A stretch of DNA of 62,531 bases, filler included, from Dehalococcoidia bacterium (GTDB lineage Bacteria > Chloroflexota > Dehalococcoidia > DSTF01 > JACRBR01): the NCBI GenBank assembly GCA_041494685.1. It is 3 parts of 3 records of this genome, joined end to end, with 100 filler letters (N's around TTAATTAATTAA, not from the genome) between each part and the next. Parts side by side here need not be neighbours in the genome. Positions count along the whole stretch, not along the records: positions 1 to 25,490 come from JBGQBE010000049.1; positions 25,591 to 51,015 come from JBGQBE010000050.1; 1 more part is not named here. One strand, 5' to 3'. Shown here piece by piece: positions 21,355 through 30,988 of the stretch. Under the pieces are notes generated by a model. That model was not told where the DNA came from. It did not search any database and saw only the letters and a program-made list of their open reading frames with translations. A program made the translations under genes and the position numbers. Position 1 is the first letter of the stretch. Every line of letters starts with the position of its first letter.

Positions 21355-22761
21355 TCACGCCGGGATGCGGCGCCGCTCCTCCTCGACCTCCTCGAACCAG
21401 CGCGTGAGCGCGGCGTCCATGCGGGCGACGCGCTCCGGGTGCTGCTCGGCGAGGTCATGCTGCTCCATCGGGTCGTTGCGCAGGTTGAAGAGCTGCGGCG
21501 CGGGAGCCGTCGCGGCAGTGCGCTCGGGCTCCGGGTCGCGCGCGATATCGGCGTACTTCTCCGGGTGATACTTCGCGTCGATGTCCATCGCGAGGTCCTC
21601 GCGCGAGACCTGCATCACCTCGTCGATCGCCGGGCGGACGAGCTTCCAGTCGCCGTCGCGCATCGCCGCGTTGCTCTCGCCAACGGGCGTGTAGCGGTTC
21701 CACTGCCAGAAGCGCTCGGACGGCACGTCACCGCCCTCGCCGGCCAGCACCGGCAGCACGTCGACGCCGTCCAGCCGCACCCCGGCGGGTCGCTCGACGC
21801 CAGTGGCGGCGAGGAGCGTCGGCAGCCAGTCGGTGAAGTGCACCATCTCGTGCACCTGGCAGCCGCCGGCGAGCCGCGCGGGCCAGCGCACCACCGCCGG
21901 CACGCGGATGCCGCCCTCGTACACCAGCAGCTTCGCGCCGGCGAAGCCGCAGTTGTAGCGGTGCGACGACATCTCGCCCGCGCCGGTGAACTGCGGCCCG
22001 TTGTCGCTGGTGAAGATGACGATCGTGTTCTCGGCGACGCTCTGGCGTTCGAGCTCGTCGAGCACGCGCCCGACGCCGCGGTCCATGCAGCGGATCATGC
22101 CGTAGATGTGACTGACCGCGGTGGTGAACGCGCCGCTGTCGCGAAACGGCGCGAGGTCGTCGTCCAGCGCGTGGAACGGGAAGTGCGGCGCGCTGTACGC
22201 GAGCGTGAGCAGGAACGGCTCGCGCGCGTGCCGGCGCACGAAGCCGACGGCCTCGTCCGTGAAGACGTCGGTGATGTAGCGCCCGTCGCTCTTCCGGATC
22301 GCACCGTTCACGTCGAGGTGGTAGTCGACGTATGGCGACCAGCCGCCGGAGAAGCCGACGAACTCCGCGAAGCCGCGGGCGTTCGGGTGGTAGCGGGCAT
22401 CGAGCGCGCCGTTATGCCACTTGCCGACAAGCCCCGTCGCGTAGCCCGCCGCGCCCAAGCAGTCGGCCAGCGTGCGCTCGCCCAGCGCCAGGCGGTCCAG
22501 CCCGCGCATCTCGAGCGTGTCGATCGCGCCGGTGCGGTGCGGGTAGCGGCCGGTGAGCAGCGACGCGCGCGCGGGCGCGCACACGGGCGACGCGGAGTAG
22601 TGCTGCGTCAGGCTCACGCCCTCACGCAGCAGGTGATCGAGCGCGGGCGTCTGCGACGCGCCGTAGTTGAAGCAGCCGAGATCGCCGTAGCCCATGTCGT
22701 CCGCGACGATCAGAACGACGTTTGGCCGCGATCGCGCCGGGGGCCTGCGTTGGGTCGTCAT
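21355..22761 (-). CDS. Arylsulfatase (Cys-type formylglycine sulfatase)
   Basis: PNVVLIVADDMGYGD, CAPARASLLTGR (CxPxR), GKWHNG, FTSDNG. Confidence 0.92.
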   Translation of the reverse strand: MTTQRRPPARSRPNVVLIVADDMGYGDLGCFNYGASQTPALDHLLREGVSLTQHYSASPVCAPARASLLTGRYPHRTGAIDTLEMRGLDRLALGERTLADCLGAAGYATGLVGKWHNGALDARYHPNARGFAEFVGFSGGWSPYVDYHLDVNGAIRKSDGRYITDVFTDEAVGFVRRHAREPFLLTLAYSAPHFPFHALDDDLAPFRDSGAFTTAVSHIYGMIRCMDRGVGRVLDELERQSVAENTIVIFTSDNGPQFTGAGEMSSHRYNCGFAGAKLLVYEGGIRVPAVVRWPARLAGGCQVHEMVHFTDWLPTLLAATGVERPAGVRLDGVDVLPVLAGEGGDVPSERFWQWNRYTPVGESNAAMRDGDWKLVRPAIDEVMQVSREDLAMDIDAKYHPEKYADIARDPEPERTAATAPAPQLFNLRNDPMEQHDLAEQHPERVARMDAALTRWFEEVEEERRRIPA

Positions 22762-22960
22762 CGTGCCGGATTCTATACGCAGCACGCCGGATTGTCTCCA
22801 TGCGTGTGCCTGGTCATGGTTGGCGTACACTGATCCGGATGAGCGCATTCGGAGACTGGACCACGCGATACGGCGCGACCTCCGCGTACGATCCCGCCAC
22901 GGCTCTGTGGAGGGCGGGCCCGGTATGATTACCTGGTAAGCGGGTCCGCCACCGAATCGT

Positions 22961-23989
22961 TCAGTCGAACACGAACTCCGCGACCGTGCGCAGCGTGGCA
23001 GGGGGCCCGCCGACGAGCAGCGCCGTTACGACCGTGCGCTTCCACTCCGCGAGTTCATCCTTGACCTTGCCGCGCGGACCGATCAACGCGATGTCTTCCA
23101 CCATCCGCGTCGGGATCGCTGCCATCGCGTCGCGCGGGTGTCCCGCGAGGTAGAGATCCTGGATCTTCCGGCACTCCGCCTCGTAACCGAGACGGACGAA
23201 GACCTCGTAGTGGAAGTTCTGGCTGCGCGCGCCCATGCCGCCGACGTACAGCGCGATCATCGGGCGCAGCATGTCCGCCGCGGCCTCGACGTCGTCGTTG
23301 ATGATGACCGAGACGGCGGCGGGCACGGCGAAGTCGTCAGCCGTACGCCGCGCGCCGGGGCGCGCGAATCCTTCGGCAAGGGCGGCGCGATAGAACGCGT
23401 CGCTCTTCGGCGAGAAGAACACCGGCATCCAGCCGTCAGCGATCTCGGCGGCCATGGCCACGTTCTTCGGGCCTTCCGCGCCGAGGTAGATCGGGATGTC
23501 GGTCCGCAGCGGATGGACGATCGACTTCAGCGGCTTGCCGAGCCCGGTACCGCCCGTGCAGGGCACCTGGTAGTGCCGGCCGCGGAACTCCAGCGGCTGC
23601 TCGCGCGCGACGATGCGGCGGATGATCTCGACGTACTCCCGCGTGCGCTCCAGGGGCCGCGGATACGGCTGCCCGTACCAGCCTTCTACCACCTGCGGGC
23701 CCGACGCCCCGAGACCCAGGATGAAGCGGCCGCCGGACAGGTGGTCAAGCGTGATCGCGGACATCGCCATGGCGGCGGGCGTGCGCGCGGAGATCTGGGC
23801 GATCGACGTGCCGAGCTTCACGCGTGACGTGCAGGCGCCCCACCAGGCGAGGGGTGTCAGGCAGTCGGAGCCGTACGCCTCCGCCGTCCAGATCGAATCG
23901 AAGCCGAGCCGTTCGGCCTCAGCGATGCTCTCTTCGATGCCGGCGGGCGGGCCCGACGTCCAGTATCCGGTCGCCAGTCCGAGCTTCAT
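22961..23989 (-). CDS. LLM-class F420-dependent oxidoreductase
   Basis: WTAEAYGSD, ARTPAAMAM...LDHLSGGRFILGLGASGPQVVEGWYG. Confidence 0.92.
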   Translation of the reverse strand: MKLGLATGYWTSGPPAGIEESIAEAERLGFDSIWTAEAYGSDCLTPLAWWGACTSRVKLGTSIAQISARTPAAMAMSAITLDHLSGGRFILGLGASGPQVVEGWYGQPYPRPLERTREYVEIIRRIVAREQPLEFRGRHYQVPCTGGTGLGKPLKSIVHPLRTDIPIYLGAEGPKNVAMAAEIADGWMPVFFSPKSDAFYRAALAEGFARPGARRTADDFAVPAAVSVIINDDVEAAADMLRPMIALYVGGMGARSQNFHYEVFVRLGYEAECRKIQDLYLAGHPRDAMAAIPTRMVEDIALIGPRGKVKDELAEWKRTVVTALLVGGPPATLRTVAEFVFD

Positions 23990-25131
23990 GCGCCGCCCTG
24001 CCCGTCCGCCTCGTCCAGCGAGCCTGACATCTGCCTGACTGTCTCGACGTAGCCCTGCACCATGTCCAGGAGCACGTCGCGCGCCGGGCGGACGGTGTTC
24101 ATCATGCCGACGATCTGCCCGATGGGGGTGCCCAGAAGCTCCGCCGCGCGCGAGTGGGGCTGCGCGTCGGCCGCACGGTGCATGCGCGAGATCGCCTCTG
24201 CCGTCGCCATGAACTGCAGGGGCATCGGCAGCGTGCCGGGCGACTCGGGCGACTCCCACGCGTCCGTCCACGCCGTGCGAAGCTGGCGGGCGGGCTTCCC
24301 CGTCATCGCGCGGGAGCGCACGGTGTCGCGGGAGGTCGCGCGCAGCACCTTCTCCATCGCAGCCGGCTGCAGGTCGCTCTCCTTCGTGGCGAGCCAGACG
24401 CTGCCCGTCCAGACGCCCTGCGCGCCGAGCGCAAGCGCCGCCGCGATCTGCCGCCCGGTAGCGATGCCGCCCGCGCCCAGCACCGGCGCCGGCGCAACCG
24501 CATCGACGACCTGCGGCAGCAGCACCATCGTGGAGATCTCTCCCGTGTGGCCGCCGGCCTCGGTGCCCGACGCGACGATGATGTCGACGCCCGCTTCGCG
24601 CTGCTTCACCGCCTGCTCCGGCGTGCCGACGAGCGCTGCCACCGGCACGCCCTGCCGGTGCGCGCGCTCCACCACATCCAGCGGCGGCGGTCCGAGGGCG
24701 TTCACCAGGAGCCGGATCGGGTGGCGCAACGCGATGTCGACCTGCGACTGGCCGCTCGCCGGCACCCAGCCGAGCAGCGACTCGGTGGCGGCAACGCCGT
24801 CGGGCAGCTTCGGCACGTCGTACTTCGACAGCGTCTCCTCGATGAAGTCGCGGTGACGCTGCGGGATCATCGCCTCGAGCTGCTCCTTCGTGGCGTCGGC
24901 AGCGCCCTCCGCAAGCTTCGCCGGCATCACGACGTCCACGCCGTACGGCTTGCCGTCGACGTGCTCGTCGATCCATGCGAGCTCGATCTCCAGTTGCTCC
25001 GGCGAGAACGCCAGCGCGCCGAGCACGCCCATCCCGCCCGCGCGCGAGACGGCCGCGACCACGTCGCGGCAGTGCGAGAAGGCGAAAATCGGGAACTCGA
25101 TGCCGAACTGGTCGCAGAGTGGCGTCTTCAT
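23986..25131 (-). CDS. Nitronate monooxygenase / FabK-like flavin oxidoreductase
   Basis: PIFAFSHCRDVVAAVSRAGGMGVLG, GTEAGGHTG, AGGIATGRQ. Confidence 0.9.
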   Translation of the reverse strand: MKTPLCDQFGIEFPIFAFSHCRDVVAAVSRAGGMGVLGALAFSPEQLEIELAWIDEHVDGKPYGVDVVMPAKLAEGAADATKEQLEAMIPQRHRDFIEETLSKYDVPKLPDGVAATESLLGWVPASGQSQVDIALRHPIRLLVNALGPPPLDVVERAHRQGVPVAALVGTPEQAVKQREAGVDIIVASGTEAGGHTGEISTMVLLPQVVDAVAPAPVLGAGGIATGRQIAAALALGAQGVWTGSVWLATKESDLQPAAMEKVLRATSRDTVRSRAMTGKPARQLRTAWTDAWESPESPGTLPMPLQFMATAEAISRMHRAADAQPHSRAAELLGTPIGQIVGMMNTVRPARDVLLDMVQGYVETVRQMSGSLDEADGQGGA

Positions 25132-25150
25132 GGTCTACTCCTTCAGCGGT

Positions 25151-25490
25151 CTAGTACGACCGCGGCAGCCCCAGGTCCTGCTCCGCGACGTAGTTCAGGA
25201 TCATCTCCCGGTTCAGCGGCGCCGTCTTCAGCACGCGCGCACCGTTCCATAGCTGCGCCAGGCCGGTCTCCTCGGCGAAGCCGATGCCGCCGTGCGTCTC
25301 CAGCGACGCGTCGACGGCCTCCAGTGCAACGTCCGCGGCGAGCAGCTTCGCCTGGTTGGCGTAGTTGCCGACGAGCCCGGGGTTGAGGTTCTGGTCGAAG
25401 GCCCACGCGGCGCGGTACGTCATCAGCCGCGCCGCTTCGAGGTGGATCTTCGCTTCGGCGAGCGGGTGCTGCACGCCCTGGTACGCGCCG
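25151..25490 (-). CDS. Acyl-CoA dehydrogenase, C-terminal fragment (5' end lost in gap)
   Basis: GAYQGVQHPLAE...AARLMTYRAAW...THGGIGF. Confidence 0.85.
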
Positions 25491-25590
25491 NNNNNNNNNN
25501 NNNNNNNNNNNNNNNNNNNNNNNNNNNNNNNNNNTTAATTAATTAANNNNNNNNNNNNNNNNNNNNNNNNNNNNNNNNNNNNNNNNNNNN
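25491..25590. other. Artificial contig-joining linker (N44-TTAATTAATTAA-N44)
   Basis: N runs flank a 12-mer with stops in all six frames. Genes are truncated on both sides. Confidence 0.97.
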
Positions 25591-26058
25591 GATAGCGTCC
25601 GACGTCCACAGCTCCGACTGGGTCAGCGGCTCCCTGTGTTGGGCAAGCAATGTGACGGGCTCGCGCTGTACCTTGTTGTGGTAGACGACCACCTGGTCGT
25701 CCTCGTAGTGGACGGCGTCGGGCGCCTTCGGGTATGGGTGCAGATACTTGCCGTCCACGACGTGGATGTGGGCGTGCGCCTGGCTCTGCATCGCGTGGTG
25801 GCCGAAGTTGCTAACGAGGCGGAATCCGTTGCGGCAGTGCTGGCGGCCCATCGCCACCGCCGCTCGTGAGACCTTCGCCAGGATGTCCGAACTCCACAGC
25901 TCGCCTTGGTAGAGGTGGACGCGCGGCACGGCGAGCAGCATGACGTCGGCCCAGTCCAGCACGTTGTGGAAGACGATCACGTCGTCGTCTTCGTACTCGA
26001 TGCGGGCGGGGGCTTTGCGCTCGACGATGTCGCAGAAGACACAGTAGTAACGGGACAT
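25591..26058 (-). CDS. HIT-family protein with tandem duplicated HIT domain, 3' end truncated by gap
   Basis: CVFCDIV, YEDDDVIVF, HAHIH triad. A second copy starts at HYEDDQVVVYHN. Confidence 0.82.
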
Positions 26059-26169
26059 CACCCTCATTCTAGCGCAGGCTCTCGCAGGACGTGTTATGAG
26101 CGTGTGAACGAGGCGTCAACGTCCGCTCGCGGCCTAGCCCCTCGCGGACGGCGGGCCTATACTCCGGCC

Positions 26170-27453
26170 ATGGCCGACGTCCGCCCCTTCCGCGCGCTGC
26201 GCTACGACGCCGCGCGCGCGAACCCCGCACTCACGATCGCCCCGCCGTACGACGTGATCTCGCCGGCGCACCAGGCAGCGCTGTATGAGCGCAGCGAATT
26301 CAACATCGTGCGTCTGGAGTACGGCGAGCAGCGCCCGGGCGACACCGCCGCCGACAACCGCTACACGCGCGCTGCCCGCGACCTGGCGACATGGCGCGAT
26401 GCCGGGGTGCTGGCTCACGACGCCGCACCGGCGATCTACGCCTACCGGCAGGAGTTCGAGTGGGAGGGCGCGGTCCACGCGCGCATGGCCTGCTTCGCGG
26501 CCGTCCGGCTGGAGGAGTGGGAGAAGGGCGTGATCAAGCCGCACGAGCACACGCTCTCCGGCCCGAAGGCCGACCGGCTGGACCTCCTCCGCGCCACGCG
26601 CACTCAGGTGAGCCCGGTGTACAGCGTCTACCGGCCGCGCGACGGATCGCGGGCCGTGCTGGCGATGACAGGCGACGTGCTGTACGACTTCGCCGCGGAC
26701 GGGCAGCGCCACGTGCTGAGCGCGGTGCGCGACGCCGGGGCCCTACGCGCGTTCGCGGAGTACCTGGCCGCGTGCGACGTCTACATCGCCGACGGGCACC
26801 ACCGCTACGAGACGGCGCTGACGTATCGCAACGAGAGCCGCGCCGCAGCGGCGCAGTGGAGCGGCGACGAGCCGGAGAACTTCGTCCTGATGGCGCTAAC
26901 CGACGCGGCCGATCCAGGACTGCTCGTGCTGCCGACGCACCGGCTGATCACGAAGCCGTCGCTCCCCGGCGACGCACTGTCACGCATCGCGCGGTACTTC
27001 GACATGGAGGAGATCGCGGCTGGTGACGCGACGGCGCGGCTGCATGCTGCGCGCGACGTGACCGCGTTCGTCGCGCTGGGCATCGAGGCCGGGCGCGCGC
27101 ACTTGCTGCGGCTGCGCGACCGCGCGGGAGTCGAGGCGCTGATGCCGGCTGCGGAGCCGGAGGCGTGGAAGCGGCTGGACGTGAGCGTTCTGCAGTACGG
27201 CGTCCTGGCGCACGTCTTTGGCATCGATGACGCGGCGCTGAAGGCCGGCGGCGCGGTGTCGTACACGCAGGACGCAGCGGAGGCCGCCGCTGCGGTGCGG
27301 TCGGGCGCGGCGCGCGCGGCGTTCCTGCTGAACGGCACGCGCATCGACCAGGTGCTGGACGTGGCGGACGCCGGCGGCCGGATGCCGCAGAAGTCCACGT
27401 ACTTCTATCCGAAGCTGCCGACGGGCCTCGTGCTCAACTGGCTCGGGGCGTAG
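26170..27453 (+). CDS. DUF1015 family protein
   Basis: MADVRPFRALRY, APPYDVIS, PHEHT, YIADGHHRYETA, MPQKSTYFYPK. Confidence 0.92.
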   Translation: MADVRPFRALRYDAARANPALTIAPPYDVISPAHQAALYERSEFNIVRLEYGEQRPGDTAADNRYTRAARDLATWRDAGVLAHDAAPAIYAYRQEFEWEGAVHARMACFAAVRLEEWEKGVIKPHEHTLSGPKADRLDLLRATRTQVSPVYSVYRPRDGSRAVLAMTGDVLYDFAADGQRHVLSAVRDAGALRAFAEYLAACDVYIADGHHRYETALTYRNESRAAAAQWSGDEPENFVLMALTDAADPGLLVLPTHRLITKPSLPGDALSRIARYFDMEEIAAGDATARLHAARDVTAFVALGIEAGRAHLLRLRDRAGVEALMPAAEPEAWKRLDVSVLQYGVLAHVFGIDDAALKAGGAVSYTQDAAEAAAAVRSGAARAAFLLNGTRIDQVLDVADAGGRMPQKSTYFYPKLPTGLVLNWLGA

Positions 27454-27571
27454 GTTCTTAGCGCCACGTTTGCACCGCCTCCGGCTTTGCCGTACAACTG
27501 ACGGAGCCTCGTTCACAGGCACGACGCTGCACGCCCGGCCGCCCGCCGCGGCCGTATGAGGAGCCCGCATC

Positions 27572-28825
27572 ATGGCAAAGAAGGTAGTGCTCGCCTACTC
27601 GGGCGGGCTCGATACGTCCGTCGCGATCCGCTGGCTGAAGGAAGAGCGCGGCTTCGACGTCGTCGCGCTCACGATCGACCTGGGGAACGAGAAGGACCTC
27701 CAGACCGTCGAGCAGCGGGCGATGCAGATCGGCGCGGTCAAGGCGATCGTGCGCGACGGCAAGCAGCCGTTTATCGACTACTTCGCGTTCCCAGCGCTGA
27801 TGGCCGGGGCGGTATACGAGGGCCAGTACCTGCTCGCCACGGCGATCGGCCGTCCGCTCATCGCGAAGATGCTGGTAGACGTAGCGCGCGAAGAGGGCGC
27901 GTCGGCGATCGCTCACGGCTGCACGGGCAAGGGCAACGACCAGGTGCGGTTCGACGTCAGCACGCAGGCGCTGGCGCCCGACCTGGAGATCGTCGCGCCG
28001 GTGCGGGAGCACCGCATGAGCCGCGAGGAGCAGATCGAGTGGGCGGCGGAGCGCGGCGTGCCGGTGCCGGCGACGAAGGCCAGCCCGTTCAGCACCGACG
28101 AGAACCTCTGGGGACGCAGCATCGAGGCAGGCGTCCTGGAAGATCCGTGGCAGTCGCCGCCGGAGGAGATTTACGCCTGGACGCGCTCGCCGAAGGAGCA
28201 GCCGGACACCCCGCGCGAGATCGAGATCGAGTTCTTGCATGGGCGTCCGGTACGGTTGGACGGACACGAGATGGACGGCGTGACTCTGGTGCAGACGCTG
28301 AACCAGTGGGCCGGCGAACACGGCGTCGGACGGACGGACATGGTCGAGGACCGGCTGATCGGCATCAAGTCCCGCGAGATCTACGAGGCCCCGGCGGCCT
28401 GGACGCTTCACAACGCGCACGAGGCGCTGGAGCAGATGACGCTCTCGAAGCCACAGATCCGCACAAAGAACATGCTGCGGCAGGAGTACGCGGACCTGAT
28501 CTACAACGGACTGTGGTTCACGGCGCATCACCAGGACCTGGCGGCGTACGTCGCCAGCACCCAGCGGCACGTGACGGGCACGGTGCGCATGCGGCTGCAC
28601 AAGGGGCAAGCGGTGGCGATTGGCAAGAAGTCGCCCAAGAGCCTCTATAGTTATGCGCTTGCCACGTACGACCGCGGCGACCAGTACGACCAGGGGAACG
28701 CCGTCGGCTTCATCAAGATCTGGGGGCTGCCGGTGGCGCAGCAGGCGCGCACGCAACTGCTTGCCGAAGGCGAAGCGCCGTTCCAGCTCGGCACATCGGA
28801 ACCTGAGAGCGGCAAGGGCAACTAG
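27572..28825 (+). CDS. argG: Argininosuccinate synthase
   Basis: KVVLAYSGGLDTS, AHGCTGKGNDQVRF, DENLWGRSIE, GIKSREIYEAP. Confidence 0.97.
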   Translation: MAKKVVLAYSGGLDTSVAIRWLKEERGFDVVALTIDLGNEKDLQTVEQRAMQIGAVKAIVRDGKQPFIDYFAFPALMAGAVYEGQYLLATAIGRPLIAKMLVDVAREEGASAIAHGCTGKGNDQVRFDVSTQALAPDLEIVAPVREHRMSREEQIEWAAERGVPVPATKASPFSTDENLWGRSIEAGVLEDPWQSPPEEIYAWTRSPKEQPDTPREIEIEFLHGRPVRLDGHEMDGVTLVQTLNQWAGEHGVGRTDMVEDRLIGIKSREIYEAPAAWTLHNAHEALEQMTLSKPQIRTKNMLRQEYADLIYNGLWFTAHHQDLAAYVASTQRHVTGTVRMRLHKGQAVAIGKKSPKSLYSYALATYDRGDQYDQGNAVGFIKIWGLPVAQQARTQLLAEGEAPFQLGTSEPESGKGN

Positions 28826-28826
28826 G

Positions 28827-29606
28827 GTGCCCGCCGCAGTCCGCGCCCGCGCACGGTTATCCGCGTTGCTCATAGCGACGGCCGCCATGTCGCTTGCGGC
28901 CTGCGGCGACTCGGCACACACCAGTCCGCCGCCCCAGGTCGTCGCGACGGCCGGCGCGGCCTCGCGAGGCGTGAGCTTCGATGCGCTCGCGAGCGCCACC
29001 CCGGAGGCCGCGACACCGGCCGCGGCGGTGACGCTGCACGGACACGTCTTCGGATCCGGGCCGACGGGCGTGGTGCTGGCGCACATGCGCATCGCCGACC
29101 AGACGTCGTGGTTCCCGTTCGCGACGCAACTCGCCGCGACGGGCAAGTTCACCGTCCTGACGTTCGACTTCCGCGGATTCGGCGAATCCGCCGGCGAGAA
29201 AGACTTCGACGATCTCGCCGTGGATCTCGAGGCGGCGGTGCGATACCTGCACGACACGGCGGGGATGCGCAAGATCTTCGTGGTCGGCGCCAGCACGGGT
29301 GGCACGGCGGCGCTGATCGTTGCCGCCCGGACGCCACTTGCCGGCGTCGTGACTATCTCGGCCGAGGCGGACTTCCTGACGCTGCACGCCGTGGAACCGG
29401 CGCGCCAGGTCACCGCGCCAAAGCTCTTCATCACGAGCAGGGACGACGTACCGGCGGCCCGCAGCCTCGTGATGCTGATCGATGCGGCCGCCGAGCCGAA
29501 GGAGCAGCGTATCTACGACGGCGACGCGCATGGCACGAACATCTTCGACGGGCCGCATGCGCAGGAACTCTCGCAGGCGCTGCTCGACTTCTTGACCGCC
29601 CACTGA
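28827..29606 (+). CDS. Alpha/beta hydrolase lipoprotein
   Basis: Lipobox LAAC, FDFRGFGES, GASTGG nucleophile elbow, AHGT. Confidence 0.8.
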   Translation: MPAAVRARARLSALLIATAAMSLAACGDSAHTSPPPQVVATAGAASRGVSFDALASATPEAATPAAAVTLHGHVFGSGPTGVVLAHMRIADQTSWFPFATQLAATGKFTVLTFDFRGFGESAGEKDFDDLAVDLEAAVRYLHDTAGMRKIFVVGASTGGTAALIVAARTPLAGVVTISAEADFLTLHAVEPARQVTAPKLFITSRDDVPAARSLVMLIDAAAEPKEQRIYDGDAHGTNIFDGPHAQELSQALLDFLTAH

Positions 29607-29672
29607 GCGGAACCTCCGGCGGGTTGCCAGCGGCGCACCGCCGGGCGTACCCTCCGGGCGGAGGAACAGCGC

Positions 29673-30938
29673 ATGACGCAAGCGCCGGCCGAACTGGACC
29701 TGATGGCACTCTCGGAGATCGTGGCTTCGCCGGTGATGGAGCGGCACGGAGAGCGGATCGCGCGCGTAAAAGACGTGGTCGCGCGCGTGTCGGAGGGCGC
29801 CTATCCTTCGGTGGCGGGGCTCGTGGTCCGCTCGGCGGGGCGCGACTTCTTCATCCCGATCGACCGCGTGGCGGAGATCCGGCCGGGGCTCGTGCGGCTG
29901 AACTCGAGCGCGCTGGACGTCGGCCGGTTCCAGCGCCGCGACGGCGAGTTGCTGCTGACCAAGGACGTGCTGGATCGCCAGGTGATCGACGTGCGGGGCA
30001 CGCGCGTCGTGCGCGTGAACGACCTCTACATCTCGTACGGCCCCGACGGTTACCACGTCGTCGCGCTGGACACCGGCGGCCGGGCGATCCTGCGCCGGCT
30101 CGTGCCGGGCGGCATGCGCGCGCGGTTCCCCGGCCGCATGCTGACGGACTGGCGCGAGGTGGAGTACCTGAAGTCGGACACGCCGTCCGTCCGCCTGAAG
30201 ACGGAGCATCTGCAGCTCCGCAAGCTGCGGCCGCAGCAACTGGCGCGTATCCTCTCGGATCTGAGTAAGCAGGAGGGCGCGGAGGTGCTGGCGGCGCTGG
30301 ACGAAGAGCAGGCCGCCGACACGCTGGAGGAGCTTTCGACGGACCAGCAGGCTCAGCTGCTCAGCGCGATGTCGGTCGAGCAGGCGGCGGATCTGATCGA
30401 AGAGATGGAGCCGGACGACGCCGCCGACGTGCTGGCGAGGGTGCCCGCGCCGCGCGCCGAGGAACTGCTGGACGAGATGGAGGCGCCCGAGTCGGCGGCC
30501 GTCCGCAAGCTGCTGGAGTACGACCCTGACTCGGCCGGCGGCGTGATGACGACGAACGTGCTGACGATCGCGCCGCACCAGCCGGTAGCAGACGCGCTAC
30601 GCGTCTACACCACGCAGGAGGACGCCCCGGACTTCGCGTACTACTTCTTCGTGGTCGAGGCAGGCGAGCGCCTTGCCGGCGTGCTGAGCATGCGCCAGGT
30701 GTTGATCGCGGGGCCGGGCGCGCTGGTGCGCGATGTAATGACGAAAGAGCCGGTGGCGGTGGACCCGGAGGACGACGCCCAGCGTGTCGCCGAGACCATC
30801 GCGGAATATAATCTGTTGGCCATCCCGGTCGTCGATGACCACGGGCGCTTCCTCGGGGCGATCACGGTCGACGACGTGCTGGACGTCGTGTTGAAAGAGT
30901 CATGGAGACGCGGACGCAGCCGCGGGTTCGGCGGCTGA
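29673..30938 (+). CDS. Soluble MgtE-like protein (PRC-like + MgtE_N + CBS pair, no TM domain)
   Basis: VLDRQVIDVRG, AADLIEEMEPDDAADVL, YDPDSAGGVMT, YNLLAIPVVD...ITVDDVLD. Confidence 0.85.
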   Translation: MTQAPAELDLMALSEIVASPVMERHGERIARVKDVVARVSEGAYPSVAGLVVRSAGRDFFIPIDRVAEIRPGLVRLNSSALDVGRFQRRDGELLLTKDVLDRQVIDVRGTRVVRVNDLYISYGPDGYHVVALDTGGRAILRRLVPGGMRARFPGRMLTDWREVEYLKSDTPSVRLKTEHLQLRKLRPQQLARILSDLSKQEGAEVLAALDEEQAADTLEELSTDQQAQLLSAMSVEQAADLIEEMEPDDAADVLARVPAPRAEELLDEMEAPESAAVRKLLEYDPDSAGGVMTTNVLTIAPHQPVADALRVYTTQEDAPDFAYYFFVVEAGERLAGVLSMRQVLIAGPGALVRDVMTKEPVAVDPEDDAQRVAETIAEYNLLAIPVVDDHGRFLGAITVDDVLDVVLKESWRRGRSRGFGG

Positions 30939-30988
30939 CCTGAAACTGATGGACGACAATCATTCCGGATGCACGGTCGCAGCAGGAG

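Noticed and set aside
22839..22928. 29-aa leaderless ORF MSAFGDWTTRYG... after a TACACT hexamer
   Set aside because: No SD site, homology or other support is visible. It could be chance.
22961..24976. Apparent long N-terminal extensions or fusions in the ORF track (671-aa LLM, 728-aa Eis, 659-aa 58189 ORF)
   Set aside because: The extensions are alternate frames of neighbouring genes. Internal starts with SD sites or ATGA coupling explain the real proteins.
25535..25546. TTAATTAATTAA palindrome inside N runs (also 51060-51071)
   Set aside because: It is an artificial six-frame-stop contig linker, not biology. Genes on either side are not true neighbours.
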